Shown here: positions 14,800 to 29,700 of the stretch, one piece after another
How positions within the stretch are numbered: position 1 is the stretch's first letter
How the letters are laid out: every line of letters begins with the position of its first letter
From: Owenia fusiformis
Lineage: Eukaryota
Assembly (NCBI GenBank): GCA_903813345.2
Contig: CAIIXF020000001.1
Span: 32,860,001-32,924,000, forward strand
DNA: 64,000 nt
Direction of reading: 5' to 3'
The notes under the pieces: model-generated
The model's input: only the letters and a program-made list of their open reading frames with translations
What the model was told of the DNA's origin: nothing
Database searches by the model: none
Position numbers and translations under genes: made by a program

Positions 14800-15625
14800 A
14801 TATTCGAAGGACCTTTTGTCTAAATTTGATCAACCAAATTATTCGAAAGTTAAATGTATTTCCACATGGGATGTTTCCACACTTTACACATCAATTCCCC
14901 ATAACAAATTGAAAGAGGAAATGTTTGGTGTCATTACATAATGATTAAAAACACAATGAAAGGTAGTAGATTCAAATTTGTAAATTGTATTTCAAATAGA
15001 GCTTTCTTTTCTAGTGATCAACATGAAAAGTATACTTCTTTTACTGCAATACAACTTTGTGAGGTTTTAGGCTTTTTGATTGATAACATTTATGTAAAGT
15101 TCGGAAATACTGTTTTACGTCAAAATATAGAAATACCAATGGGGGCAGATTATGCTCCTCTTTTGGCAGACCTTTTTCTATTCTCGTATGAATATAAGTT
15201 TTTGCAAAAAAATGATGAAAGATAAGACAAAATTCCACACAGCTAAGCTTTTTAATAAAACAGATAGGTATATAGATGACCTGTTGAGTTTGGACAACCC
15301 TTGATTTGAAGATTTTGTAAATGAGATATACCCTTCCGAGTTGGAGTTAAAAAAGACCAATGAATCGAACAAAAATGCGCCTTATCTTGACCTTCTCATT
15401 AACATTGATCAAGACAACAGTATATATTGTAAGTTGTATGAACGAGATGATTTCAGCTTTGATATTGTGAATATTCCCCATTTAGACAGTAATATTCCAT
15501 TAAACCCAGCATATGGTGTCTATGCATCCCAGCTTATTAGATATGGCAGGGCATGCTCTAAATATTTAGATTTTAAGTCAAGACACAATACTTTAGTGAT
15601 CAAACTATTAGGTCAAGGTTATACG
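14800..15625 (+). pseudogene. Penelope-like retroelement reverse transcriptase, frameshifted
   Basis: IDNIYVKFG..RQ..IPMGADYAPLLADLFL, RYIDDLL, YLDL, RDDFSFDIVNIPHLDSNIP..PAYGVYASQLIRY across several frames with stops. Confidence 0.88.
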
Positions 15626-15686
15626 TGTATCAAAATACTCCTTTGTTTACTACACACTGGACTACATATTGCACCCTTACATATAT

Positions 15687-18600
15687 CACTGGGGAGTATC
15701 GTGATGCAACAACACCGTGTTGTTGCATCAAGATGGCCAGACTTCCGGTGATAGATTTTCGTACGATATTTTGTTTCCCCAATTAATCCCATTTGTAGGA
15801 CGAGTTGCTCAATAACCATACACGTGCAGTTAGCGCACGATCTATATTTAAAGAAACTGTCATTAGTATACATGTACCATCACCAAGAAGCAATAAGTTC
15901 ACGGTTTTAGTTCCTCACTATTGATGCAACAACACCAAACCGAAGATGCAACAACACCCCTCTAGATTTGAGCAATGATGCAGCAACACCAATTAATAGT
16001 ATAATTTCAGAACACCATAAATCTCGAGAGGAACAGATTTTTAAATGCTACTTTTGCAACAACGTTACCAATTAGCCTACCCATATTTGCGTTCTTCTCA
16101 AGGCATTCAAAATACACGTCCTGCGGGCGAAGATCCTTTATATGTATTTTCAAAAATGTATACTTTTACATATGATAATGTACTGGACGTTGTTCTATAA
16201 CATAGTTCAATAGCCTTTAACATTGCAAGCTTTAGTAACCCAATCTATTTTCATAAACCACTGTTCCATAGCTTGATGACCTTGACTCCAGTTAGTATCA
16301 TTCAAAATGGTGGACAAACAGCTATTGGATATTATCATGATATTATCTGTAATCCATCCTTGGAACAGTGATAAACTAGTAGATGTACGTTACCACTGTT
16401 TATCAAATTATAACTAAAACAGTTTAACTGTGACATTCGTGAGTTTATGTTGATGGGATGATTGCTTCATCTATGATATAATATGATATGATTCTTTATT
16501 TCCTCCAATTTGGAGAGCCAACGTGTAAAAATGTCTAATTGACTTTATTAGAGAGGCCGTTTAGTTACACGTTTAATGGAAATCTTGCACGACGCACATG
16601 TAGAATTATTGCTCTCTTTGGATTCCTTCTCTCCGACTGAGTAAAAAGGTAAACAAAAGTGAACAAAAAGATTTAGGGCCCAAAAAGGTAAATTGATAGG
16701 GGTACAGTTATCCCAGATATCCCGGGCCCTCGGGAAATATCATATTGTCTCTCGAAATAAAACCAATATTGAATCCCTCTCAGTAAATAATCTTTATATA
16801 ATAGCATTGTATAACTGCAATGTCACTAAACCAACAGTCATCCTATACAACTCTTGAGAACGATGTACAACTCCCGGATAGCGTAAACTCCTGAGCAGCG
16901 TATACAACTCTTCAGCTTGATATATGACATCATACTTTGGGTGGGATAACAAAGGATATACAATATACAATTGTAGACCTCTCTTGAGGTCAACTGGCAA
17001 AATTGTATACCGATACTGTAATCCTTGAAAGTTCGGAGGTCGAGGTCAACAGTACTCTCAGGGTTTACTGTTGAGGTATACACTTTGGCCAGTTGACCGA
17101 ATAGAGAAGTTTACAATTATTTGTTAGTCCGAAAGAATAATAATTTGAAGGATATAATATACAATTGTAGACCTCTCTTAAGGTCAACTGGCAAAATTGT
17201 ATACCGATACTGTAAACCTTGAAAGTACTGTTGATCAAGACCAGAGGTCGAGGACACTTTTGCCAGTTGACCGAAAAGAGAGGTTAACAATTGTTCTGTT
17301 AGTCCAAATAATATAATAATTGGACGAATATATAATCGAATATCACGTGAACATATTTGATAAAGGTATCATATTTTAGAAAAAAAATCCCCAAACCGTC
17401 GAATACTTGTAATTTTTTACACACTTATTTTTTCAAAATTAAAAAAATTTCAACATTAAAAAAACAATTTTTCAAAAATAGTGGTCAACAGTTTACAATT
17501 GTTGACCTCCCCAGAGGCCAACCGGCAAAATTGTATACCGAGACTGTAAACCGAAAAACTACTGTTGACAGAGACCGAAGGTCGAGGTCAACAGTAGTTT
17601 CAAGGTTTACAGTCGAGGTATATGATTTTGACGGTTGATCGAATGGAGAGGTCTACAATTGTTTTGTTAGTCCGAGTAAACTAATAATACATATATACGA
17701 GAGACGACAATCATCAATCTATATTTCACAACCTTTTCTCCGAACCACGTTATATTAGCAATATTTCTTTCAGAATATATGGAGACAGTGCAAGTAGCTT
17801 AACTCTGTATTTGGCACATCACGGCGTACTCGTTAGTGAATTAATGTTGATTTTAAGTTTCTATTTGTATTTTTGCCTATACTTGTCGCCTAGTAAAGTA
17901 ATTTTCATCAACGTTTACAAAATGTCCGTCTTCCATATTTTTTGTGACGTCATGAAACTTTTTTTCAGAAGTAGCGGTCAACAGTACCTAGTAGCGGTCA
18001 ACAGTACATAATTTTGACCGCTAATCACCCAATCAGAATCGAATATTTCAGTGAATTGAGTATTTCAATTGAGGTACTAACAACACAAAATGACTGATAT
18101 CTGTTGTCTTTCCAAAATTATATTAGTTATTTGTAAGCAATTTCCATACGGTAAATCAAGGGTATTTAATTTAGAAATGTATAATCTTTATTTTTCAGAT
18201 ACAACATCAATGAGATTGCCTCCCGGGGATTCTGTACTTTATTTAGTTTGCCTTGTATATCCTTTTAACTTTGATATAGACAAAGAAACCAAACAAAATA
18301 CGTTTCGTTCATGGACCACTGACTCACGCGTTTTATTCATGTCCCGACCTACACCTGTAAACAGAACATAAAATAGTTTATCTTGTTGTTCAATGATACA
18401 TTATATTGGCGTTTTTGCATCAGCACATTGGTGTTGTTGCATCATCGATAAGAAACAGAGTGGTGTTGTCGCATCAATAGTGAGGAATTAAAACCACGAA
18501 TTTATCGCTTCTTGATGATGCTACATGTATACCAATGACAGTTTTTTAAAATATAGATCATGGGCTAACTGCATGTGTATGATCATTGAGCAACTCGTCC

Positions 18601-18712
18601 TAGAAATGGGTTTAAATCGGGAAAACAAAACATCGTACGAAAATCGATCACCGGAAGTCTGGCCATCTTGATGCAACAACACGGTGTTGTTGCATCACGA
18701 TACCCCCCAGTG
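15687..18712. mobile_element. Non-autonomous DNA transposon with about 250-bp TIRs (CACTG...CAGTG)
   Basis: Long near-perfect TIRs containing the palindrome GATGCAACAACACCGTGTTGTTGCATC; ATATAT on both flanks. CAC termini suggest the CMC (EnSpm/Chapaev) group. Confidence 0.85.
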
Positions 18713-20117
18713 ATATATGTTTACTGTACATAAGAGCTTTGCGAAATCAACATCTTATACTATCAACGTAATAGACGGCTTGCCTAACCTTACAGGCAAA
18801 CTTTTATATACAAATTTGAAGATAAGACTGATATTGTCACATTGGATTATGATAATAAGTAAATAGCATTTTGTAATATTTTGCACGGGTATAACCATGC
18901 ACAGTAGAATAATACACAGGGTTACCCTAAATTGTAGAAACATGAATATGTTTCTAACTTATAATTAATTAATTCATATATCCCAAGGATTTCACCTGTT
19001 CCCTTCCTGACCAAACCTTGTTTTATTTTTGATTTTTACAATAAAATAAACTACTCTATCATTTTTATTTCCATTTATTGACATGAGAACTCAAATGATC
19101 AATGGGAAAAAATGCTAAACTTGCACACTGAAATGGGTATTTCAGCTGGCCTAGGAAAACATGGCTAGAAAAAGATGATACACCTAAGGGCTACAGGTGG
19201 ACAAACTATTCCCCCTGAAAAGTTTTTTAATGGTCAAATCACTAAATTCATGATTGCATTGAAAAGCTTTGAATGCTAATTTTGAAGAATGGATGTACAA
19301 GTATTACAAAAGAAGAAAATATGAAGAATTCATATCGTTCATTTCGAGTGATTATTTAGTGTCAAGTTTTGTCTCTAGTGACATCATGTTACTGATTATC
19401 TCATCAAGTGACCTAAACTACAGCAGCTAAAATAAGCATACCGAAATATTATAATTTAGTATGATTCAGAGAAAGAGATTATACAGAGAGATTATCAATT
19501 TATCTATTATCTTACAATTTAGCTCAATTCTTGAATTTGAAGATCTACTGCTATATTGTTTAATATGCATTATAACAGATCGATTTGATGGTATGTGATA
19601 TGATCGATTTTACCTTCTTGTCATCATTGCTAAGGAATACAATAATACCATTCCAATTAATGATAACTCACTTATTGTATTACTTGTGCTTGATACATAT
19701 GCTGGAAGATATGCTTTTAAAATTGGTTAACCATTACCAAAACTATGGTTACCCTGTAGTAGTGAAAGTCACATTAAAAATGATTATCACCCCCTTCAAT
19801 CTATTTTTACAGGTTTTTATGATTATTTCACGTTTTTCTATATTTTGCGTAACAAGGACGGTGGATTTTCTTCATTTTTCTTCAAACATTTCGTCTCACC
19901 TATATCTGCAATAAAATCGCGCCGCTACGTTTGAAAATAATCCAAGTTATGTCATTTTCCCCATTGAGCTCCATTGTAAAAATGGAATTTTCAAACTTAA
20001 TATTTTAAAATTCTACGTGGTGAAAAGTTGCATATTGAGTAGTTAGTTAATGTTATGGTGTAAAAAATTCAAAACAAAAAGGAATAAAGAAAAAATGCCA
20101 CGGAGAAGTCTCATTAA
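18713..20117 (+). repeat. About 1.5-kb dispersed repeat, copy 2 (main part)
   Basis: Direct copy of about 930-2387. Its first 55 nt or so lie at 15631-15686, separated by a 3-kb insertion. Confidence 0.9.
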
Positions 20118-20999
20118 GATCTCTTTTAACCAGTCCTCAAGAAATTCTGAAAATTTTACTTATCGTCAATTTAATGATGACCTTTTGAATGGTAACAATT
20201 TAATTTCAAAGTTAATGGAACAAAAGGTTTACTTTAATTTTTATCTATTTTGGTTTTTTTTAATTTAATTTAGTTATGCTTGTAAGTAAAAATACAAACT
20301 GTTTCGCAATGTGGGTTACTCGCTAGGAAATATCTTGTCGGGCTGTAATACCATTTGTAGTTTCTTGATCTGTAGCATGTTTAGTTGATCCAAATATGTT
20401 TGTCTAGAATAAAATAGGCTCATGTTAATGGTACATAGGTTATAGACCTATCTCTTCTCAAATTGACTTTTTGGAAATGCTCGTTATGAAACACCATGTA
20501 TGTCATTGTTGAGCTATAGTGTGCGCCAAAACTCCAGAAAATCTCATGAACTGATTATTATAGATTGGTTCATTGACTATTCATTTTTACTAGTCTGCAG
20601 TAAAAAAGGTGACACGAAAGGGCTAAACGGCTTGCCCCAAGGATCAACCATAAAAAAGATGAGTTTGAAAAAATCACTTTTTTTCAAATAATAGCAGCGA
20701 GTATACGAAATAGGACGAAACTTTGATATTGATATGTTTGATATTCTATTTGGGTGTGGTCATTTTTATTAAAAACAATAATGGTGAAGAATTATATATT
20801 TCTGACCTTAAAACGCCATTTTAATGCAAAAGTCACCTTTGTTAATAATAATATTCCTATTTTACCTATTCAATGTTTTGTAAGTACTACAATTACCATT
20901 ATTTTAGTTTTCGGCAAAGTAAATAATCATAGGGCTCACACAATGATCAACTTTATTTATAACTTTTTCTTATCTAGTGATGTTTTTAAAAAAAATACT

Positions 21000-22005
21000 A
21001 CGTTTAAAAATAAGACAGTTTGCAATATTCACATATCGAATATGAACAAAATCGCTCTCTTACTTTTTGACTTATAATAAAAGATGTAAAAAATAACACA
21101 CATAAAAATGGTGGCCATTTTTCAAAATGGCCGACTACTCCCCAAAGTTTTATTAGGCAATGTGCCATGCTTAAAGTATTCACATATCAAATATGAACAA
21201 AACTTTTCGAGTTATAGTAAAATATGTAAAACTGACAGCCATTTTTTAAAATGGCCGCCTACTACGCGAAGTGTCATGAGACAGTGTGCAAGGCTCATGA
21301 GTATTCACATATCAAATATGAACATATTCGCTCCACTACTTTTCAAATTATAGTAAATATGTTAAAATGGCGGCAATTTTTCAAAATGGCCGCCTTCTAC
21401 CAAAAGTGGCATTAGACAGTGTGCCATGTTTATAGTATTCAAATACCAAATATGAACAAATCGCTCCACTACTTTTCGAGTTATAGTAAAATATGTTAAA
21501 ATGACGGCCATTTTTCAAAATAGCCACCTTCTAACAAAAGTGTCATTGGACAGTGTGCCATGCTTATAGTATTCACATACCAAATATGAACAAAATCGCT
21601 CTACTACTTTTCGAGTTACAGCAAAAATCGTAAAATAACAAGTAATGGCGGCCATTTTTCAGATGGCTGCCATGTGCTTCTTTAATATCTACATTTCTAG
21701 CTTTATTAATGTCCTATATAATTATTTTACATTTAAAACATATTGCTATAACAGTTTTACATATTGCACCTAAATTACTGTAAAATCGGCACTAAAATGG
21801 CCACCATTTTTAAATGAGCGGCCATTTTGAGAATCGGCTTTTGAGCAGAACTTCAACCCCCATAGGGTATATGTGTGCAAAATATGAACAAAATCGGGCC
21901 AACGGTATTTGAGTTATTGCCCGGACGGACGGACGGACGTACGTACGGACGGACGGACGGAGGCGTTCACTATATCCCTCCGAACTTCGTTCGATGGGAT
22001 AAATA
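21000..22005 (+). mobile_element. Helentron/HINE-like element with about 133-bp core repeats
   Basis: Tandem cores, then (GGAC)n microsatellite, then 3' hairpin ATCCCTCCGAACTTCGTTCGATGGGAT. Confidence 0.75.
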
Positions 22006-25000
22006 TTACACGAACTTAAGATAACCATGGGATGTTGACATTATGACAGTCAAGAACTAAACACGGGGTTTTGTATGTAATTTGAAAATGTATAGGATAC
22101 ATCGGACATCAATATTTCTCTATTCATTTGATTCCCCAGAACAATATAAAGAAGGGGGAATATAGACATGAGTTTAATTAATTAAATTCCATTATATTCA
22201 TCATAAATTTTATTACTACTCAACATAATTTGACAAGAAAATAAACCCGTTTCCGTCACGATTCACATTGACTTCTAATGTGTTAAGATTTTGCCCCAAA
22301 AATCTGCCCTACTCTGACGTCAGTGATTTCAGATCTGCTAATTATAATATTCATGAGCTGACTTTGTGGAAAGGTGAATTATGGGAGCTACTCACTTTTG
22401 TTCTGAATGCATGCTATATTTTACATATATTCGAAGTATTTTACTATACTTTGTATAGATTCATCGAGCAGTTTGCAACGTATTATTACCAGAAAAGCCC
22501 ATTGGACAAAGATAGAGAATACCCGCTCCATTTGTGACTTAACTGTACCCTGTATACTTTTCAAATGTTGTCACGTGGAAGGGTAGTGTGTAAATGTAAG
22601 GTTACAGCATTGCCGTACGTTAATGATATCGTGATCCTAGCAATAGGCGATCAACCTGGGGGTTGGTCGGTACCAAATCAGGGGAATAATGGCCATGGTG
22701 AATTTTGGGAAGGTCTAGACTCCTAGAGTAAGAAATTATGTGATAGCATTGCAGAAGTGGTAGCTTAATAGGTGTTATCACCGATTTTTCAAAATGGCCA
22801 CCGGTGCGCTTGCTACCAAATAAAAGAAGTTATATCTTAGCATACTGAGAGGCAAAATCAGTGATTTTAGGGTCTAATTCTGGGTTTTAGGGGTCAATGA
22901 TTTGAGTTATGCCTAAATCCAAGTCATCAACACATTAATTCATATGAAAATCCAAGATGGCCGCCAAATTTGGTTCAAAACAAATATGTTCTAATGATAC
23001 AAGCTCAAAAACGTTTCAACATGATTTTAAGAGGTTTAGAAGAGGGTTTTAGAGTCTAAAGATTTTATTCATGTCTAAAGCGGTCATCAAAGGATTACTT
23101 TATATTGAAATCATATGTCATTACAGTATTGATATATAATGTAAGCTCAAAGAACAGATAAAAAGCAATTTTGTAGACAATGAAAGGGTTTAGGGGTCAA
23201 GGATTTCATTTATGCCTCATTTAAGTCTAAGTCAGCAAAGAATTGCTTTATATGGAAATCCAAGATGGCCACCAAAATGAAAATGTAACTACATGTATTG
23301 ATATAAGCTCAAAGAACAGATAAAAATTAATTTTGTAGACCATGAAGTGTTAGGGGATCAATGATTTTATTGTCTTTTAAGTCATCAAAGAATAACTTGA
23401 TGTGAAAATCGAAGATGGCTGCCAAAATGAATATGTTACTATTAATATATATTCAAAGTGATTATGACCTAGTCATTCCCTGGAGCACAATGGATTCTAA
23501 GCTGCCTCGAGATGATGGCCAATTGGGCATGTATCTAGTGCAATCCAAGGAATCTTTTCAGCTGAGTGGTATACATGTACAAAGGCAGCTAATGTGCAAT
23601 TATTCATACTATCCATGATGAGATAATTGAATATCTAGGGAAATATTTTGATGAGTTTCTTTAAGATATCAACAGCATTTGTGAGAACTAAAAAAATGAA
23701 TGAAAGCTATTGACCTTAGCCATGTAGGGAGTTGGTTCAAAGTCTCATGCTTTCAGTTTGGTGTTATTCTCCTGTGACTTTTCCAACTATGTAACTTCCA
23801 TTACAACAACAGAGGCTGAGGAGAAAGAGCAACATCAACAGAGTAAGGGGTGACTTACAAAGGTTACCTGGGAGTAGATAGGCAACTTTGGTTCCAATAA
23901 TCTCAAACACACACCCAAAAAAGGTTAATAAGTATTTTAGCACTCTGGGAATCAGCTCTTGACAATGGACCAAGTTAAATTTTGGTATATCCCGAAAGCT
24001 CTAATTGACTCTAATTCCAAGAAAAAAGAAAAACAAAGAAAATGAAAAAACAAATACAACACAAATGAGAAAACACAAATAAAACAAGAAAATTGAAAGG
24101 CAGCAAAAAAACAAAAGAAAGAAAACAAAAAACAAAGACAAAAATGAATACAACAAAGAACACTGAAAAATATAGAGGTTCTTACAGATAAAGAGAGAAA
24201 TAAGCTAGAAAATAGGAAAAAACTTAACCAACAGCCAATTTGGCAGCGATTTTGGCAGCCATCTTTGATCTTCATCAAGACAACAATTTAACAATTAAAG
24301 TAAAAAGAAAAAATTTCAATGGTAACTGGAATCCTCAATCCCTAGATCCTAGTTAACTAGTCAAAGATACCACAATCACTTGCCAACATCCTCTGTTAAT
24401 GCTTATAGATACATGCATGTAAATATTCATTTTGGCAGCCATTTTGGTGACCATTTTGGATTTTAATATGAGGAAAGGTTAAGATGACTTTGGTAAAGGC
24501 TAAATTGAAACCATTTTCCCCTGAAACCTAGTTTCAGATATCTATTACGTACATTACTTTTCCAACTTTTCTATGTGCATATAAATTCATTTTAGCAGCC
24601 ATATGTTTGGCCATTTTTGGCAGCCATTTCAAATTTCTATATAAAGGTATTCTTTAATCACTTAGATGTCTCCATGGTTGGAATCTGTATTAACCTCTAA
24701 AACCCTATCATGGTCTGCAAAAGCACTTTTTAACTGTTCTTTGAGTTTATATAAATAGTTTACATATTCATTTTGGCACTCGTTTTTGTGGCCATCTTGG
24801 AATTTAATAAAAAGGATTTATATTATTACTTAAAGGGGACATGCCATTAAGAGGACATTCTCTGACTTAGTCATTTTTTCAAAAGTGTGAAAATAAAAAA
24901 CCTCATGAAAAGTTCTTAAAATATTCTGAATAACAAGTTGAATATATATATTTAATGATGGCACAAGCAAAACTCTGAAAAATAACATGAAATGAGGGGT

Positions 25001-26728
25001 TTTGACAGGGTTTACGAAAAAGACACCAGAAACGAGCGTTCGATTTGCTAAACGATATGCGTCACCCTTTAAAATATTAATAATTTGATTTCGAATGTCA
25101 ATCGTTGGACTAGGCAACGTTTTTTACCGATTTTGTACCTTGCAACGAATGGCAAGCAAACAAATTGGTCATGACCGTCTCCTCTCGATTAATTGTCCTG
25201 CCTTAGGTCCTAACCTATCATTAACCAACCTATCGTTTCTACGGGAATCTATCCTAATTTTTTACTGAAATTTAACAATTTCGAAACAAAAATGATTTGT
25301 TATCGTCATAGCCTACTGAATACTGAACACGATATAATGTTACATGCGTTCTCTTATCGGGATTAAAAGTGACTTACCATTTGAGTACACCATTAGAAAG
25401 CTTTTTTTTGTCATACCAAATGTAGTTTTTACCAGTTGACGTTTAACAACTGAGAAATCAAACATGACGTTACGACGTCAACATCGACGATGTTTGTGTG
25501 TTTTTGTTATTGCGTTTCATATGAATGAACTTAATGCAATGTTGCGTGCGTTTTTTTCCAAAGTGACTAACCAGGATGAAATTGGTCTTCTAACAACTGA
25601 AACATCACTTAAAAATATGACATTACACACTACGACGATGTAACGTTTTCATCGTGATTTGAAATGATTAATTATACGTTTTTAAATCACGACCTAGTAA
25701 AGGTACTATAGACATTGGATTCCCAGTTTTAGTTTTACTTCTAATTTTGCATTTTTTCATCTTTATGTAAAAGACCGTCAGCCGACCACCGACCACATGT
25801 ACCCAACTGTGGAGAGGGACTGGTCGGTGGTCGGCGGTCGGTGTTTTTCGTAAACCCGTTTTGACAGATGCAAAAGATGGTAGATTTGTGATGAAGAAAT
25901 AGAGGTTTTTGCATGACATAATTTTCAATCTCAGATTAACAGTAGTATCTAACTTAAGCTGGACAGCCACTCAAAATGTAAATGAAGCCCTTAAGATACA
26001 TTTTTCTCAATTGAAGTCACTATTTCTGTTTTTAGCTTCAGAGGATAGGAGGTACAGTACATGAACATGCTAAGTTTACCTAGATCACAAGCCTTACCAC
26101 AAATATAAAGTATATAGGAATAGAGTTGATATGTGTGAGAACCTTAAACTTTCTATTTTATTGGGGATGGGACTTGTGATACATGTTTATTTCTAACTTC
26201 TTCACATGTGCATGGATCTAAAATTGTGGCAGCCATCTTGGATTTGTCATATATGTGGACATGGTTTTGGTTGTGCTGAATTTGTTTCAAAATAACATTT
26301 CTTGTATACCTTCGATAAGTGAGATAGGCATTTGAAATTAAATACAGATAGTATACTTGACATTTAATGCAGTAAACAGTAATACAATTCATTCTTACAT
26401 AATAAGTGAGTCCAGACAAAAAGTTGTTATTGTGTTAGTTTAACTGGGCATAAATTACACTCATTGGCCTTGGTTTTCTAAATGGTTTGGATAAAATGTT
26501 GTTCTATTTATTCAGAAATGGAGTATAGTTCAATATACAAGTTCACATTCATGCCATCCTCTTATAGAAATGAATCTCATATTATTTCATCTCAAATATA
26601 GAACACAAAAATATAATAAAAACAAGTTTCTATTGATTGCAAAAGTTAGCTTCCATGTCATGACTGAGTTTGGGTTCCGCTTCTAGAGAAAAAAGATATT
26701 CCCTCTAAAAATATCGTATTGACCATTG

Positions 26729-29700
26729 TACTCCAGTAAAAACACGAAAAATAAATGAAAAAATTGCAATACTTATTAAACCTAGTGCAACAAATGCATA
26801 TTGATGAGTTTAAAGACATATCAAAAATCTAGAAAAATCTAAGCAGTGGAAGACATGTAAAAATCACTATTTGTACCCCCTGGTCTTATTTTATGAGGGG
26901 GTACTGTGATAGGCATTTATATCTTCTGTTGGGTGCCTTCAATCACATTCAAATTTTCAGGGATTATGCATCCATATATAGTTAGTTGTCATGAAAAGAC
27001 TGATCTTGATTGGTCAATTGGTTACCATGGCAACATAATTTAATTGCAAAATATTGTAAATATTAAGGATAAATCTACCGTTTCCCTACAAACAGATCGT
27101 AGTTTGTCATTTTTAATTTTTCAAAATGAACACAAAGTTGAGCGTTATACATATTGAAGGAGTTTACAACAAGATAACATGATAAATAGGTTAATAGGAT
27201 GACATATTTGGCTCATGTTTGATAACTACTGCTCAATTTACCACAAAGTGGGCGTGGCACTTTTTGTTATTACAATTCCAAATAATTTCATGTTGACAGA
27301 ATCATATTTACAAGGGTCATTAATACATATGTAATTATCTGGAATGGTGAGTCCAAATATCTTTTGTCAATTGGTTGCCATAGTAACACAACATATTGTA
27401 TGTGAATCGTGGGTAGAGGTCATTTCAGGCAATCCTTGTTAATCTTAATTGTTTATTACATTCATCCTTAGAACTGTTTTAGTGTATGATCTTTTTTAAC
27501 AAATACAGGTTTGGATAATATTGATATGCGTTTGCTATGGTAACCCAACTAATAATGCTGTTTCTTGAAATACTGCTCTGTTTGTTCGTCTGCCCGCCCA
27601 TCTGTCTAAGCATTTCCTGACCTATTAATTAATCACAGATTGGTGTTATATGTGACAAAATGGTGATTCGACATCTTAGACTCAAGAAGATGTACCAACG
27701 TAGACCCTGTACGCTGTATCAATCTTAGATTATGGATATTCTACCCATTGTAGACTTCGGAGGATGTACCCATTAAACACTAGAATCTACAACCTCTAAG
27801 ACTCTAGAGGCTGTACCATCTTATATCAATTTATTAATCACTTTTTGATGTTATATGTGGCAAAATTGTGATTCTTGACATCTTATACTCTAGGAGATTT
27901 ATCAACATAGACTATATAGGCTGTATCAATCCTAGATTATGGATGCTGTACCCATTGTAGACTCTGGATGATGAACCCATTAAACACTAGAAGCTCTGGA
28001 GGCTATACCCATCGTAGACTCTTGGAGGCTGTACTCATTGTTAACTCTGCATCTGGAAGGTGTACCATCTTCTCTCGAAGGCTGTTCCAAGAACTCATCA
28101 AAGGTTCTGGAGGCTATACCATTTTTGACTCTGGAGACTATACCCATTGAAGACTCTGGAGGCGATATCATCCTAGTCTCTAGGAGGCTGTATCCATTGT
28201 AGACTATGAGAGTATACCATCTCAGACTCTTGTAGGTTGTACTATCTTAGACTCTTGGAGGCTGTACCTATATTTGACTCCTGACTTTCATAGAAATCAT
28301 AGACTATTAAGGCTGTACTATCTTTGGCCCTAAAGGCTGAATCCAAATTAAACTCTGAAGCTATGCCATATTGGTCTCTGGAGGTTGAATTCATATTATA
28401 CTCTGGATGTTGTACCATATTAGACTCTGTAAGCTGTATCAATTTTAAATTATAGAGGCTGGGTCATCTTAGACTTTTGGAATTGAAGGTTGTAGCCATT
28501 ATAGAAGTAGATGTACCCATTAAACTCACGAGGCCATATTAGACTCTAATTGTTAATATTAGTCGTAGGCTATACCATTTTCAACTTTGGAGGCTGAACC
28601 ATTTTAGGCTCTGAAGGCTGTACCATCTTAGAATCTGGAAACTGGTCCTATGTTATATCGATAGGCTGTACCATCTAAGGGTTGGAGGCTGTACATGTTA
28701 GACTCTTGGAGGCTGTACTTATCATAGGCTCTGAATGCTATAGCAATCAAATGATCTGAAGGATCTACCATCTTGGACTCTGAACCCATGTTATATCTAG
28801 AAGCTGTACCATCTTAGACTCGTGGAAACTGTGCCTATCTTAGCCGCTGGATGCTATAGCAATCATAGCCTCTGAAGCTGTATCATCTTATACTCTGGAG
28901 ACTGATTCCATGTTATATCTGGAGGCTGTATCATCTTAGACTCATGGAGGCTGTACCCATCCTAGGCTCTGAATGCTATAGCAATCATAGCCTCTGAAAG
29001 CTGTACCATCTTATACTCTGGAGACTGATCCCATGTTATATCTGGCATGTCTGGAGGCTGTACCATTTAAGGGTCTGGAGGCTATACCATCTTAAACTTA
29101 TGGAGGCTGTACTGATTCTAGGCTCTGACTACTACAGCAATCTAAGATTCTGAATGTTATATCATCTTGGACTCTGGATGCTGAATACATATACTACTTG
29201 AGGCTGTATCATATTAGATTCTTGAGACTGCACTAATTTTATACTCTTGAGGCTGTACCATCTCTATATACTCTGGAGGCTGAACCAACTTAGGCTCTAC
29301 TGAACTATTCTATAGTCTCAGGTTCTACCATATTAGACTATTGGATAGTCTCAGGTTCTACCATATTAGACTATTGGATGACATGTTCTTGGTATTGAAG
29401 GACACCATATACGCTGGAGGTTGAATCATATTCTATGTTATGAGATAAGTTTTTTCAGAACATATGCACTACACTATTTGCGTTTATTATGCTCTGTGTT
29501 ACTGTGGCAACCCCTTGACCAATCATGTACAGACTCACCATATTAAAGAATAACATCCATATCCATGAGCCCTATAAATATAATTGTGACTGATTTTGTA
29601 AAAATAAAAAAAAAAGTGCCACGCCAACTTTTGAGTAGATAGAGAGGTAGTCACCTAATAGAATAGAGTTCAGGGTCAAAGATATCATATAATTTATCAC

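Noticed and set aside
23952..24278. Hydrophobic 108-aa ORF
   Set aside because: Translation of the complement of an A-rich low-complexity tract.
24830..25994. Possible Kolobok-type element bounded by TTAA
   Set aside because: The ends do not form a convincing TIR.
27660..29430. Short repeats resembling a CRISPR array
   Set aside because: Degenerate head-to-tail units with no unique spacers, no cas genes, and an intron-containing eukaryotic context.
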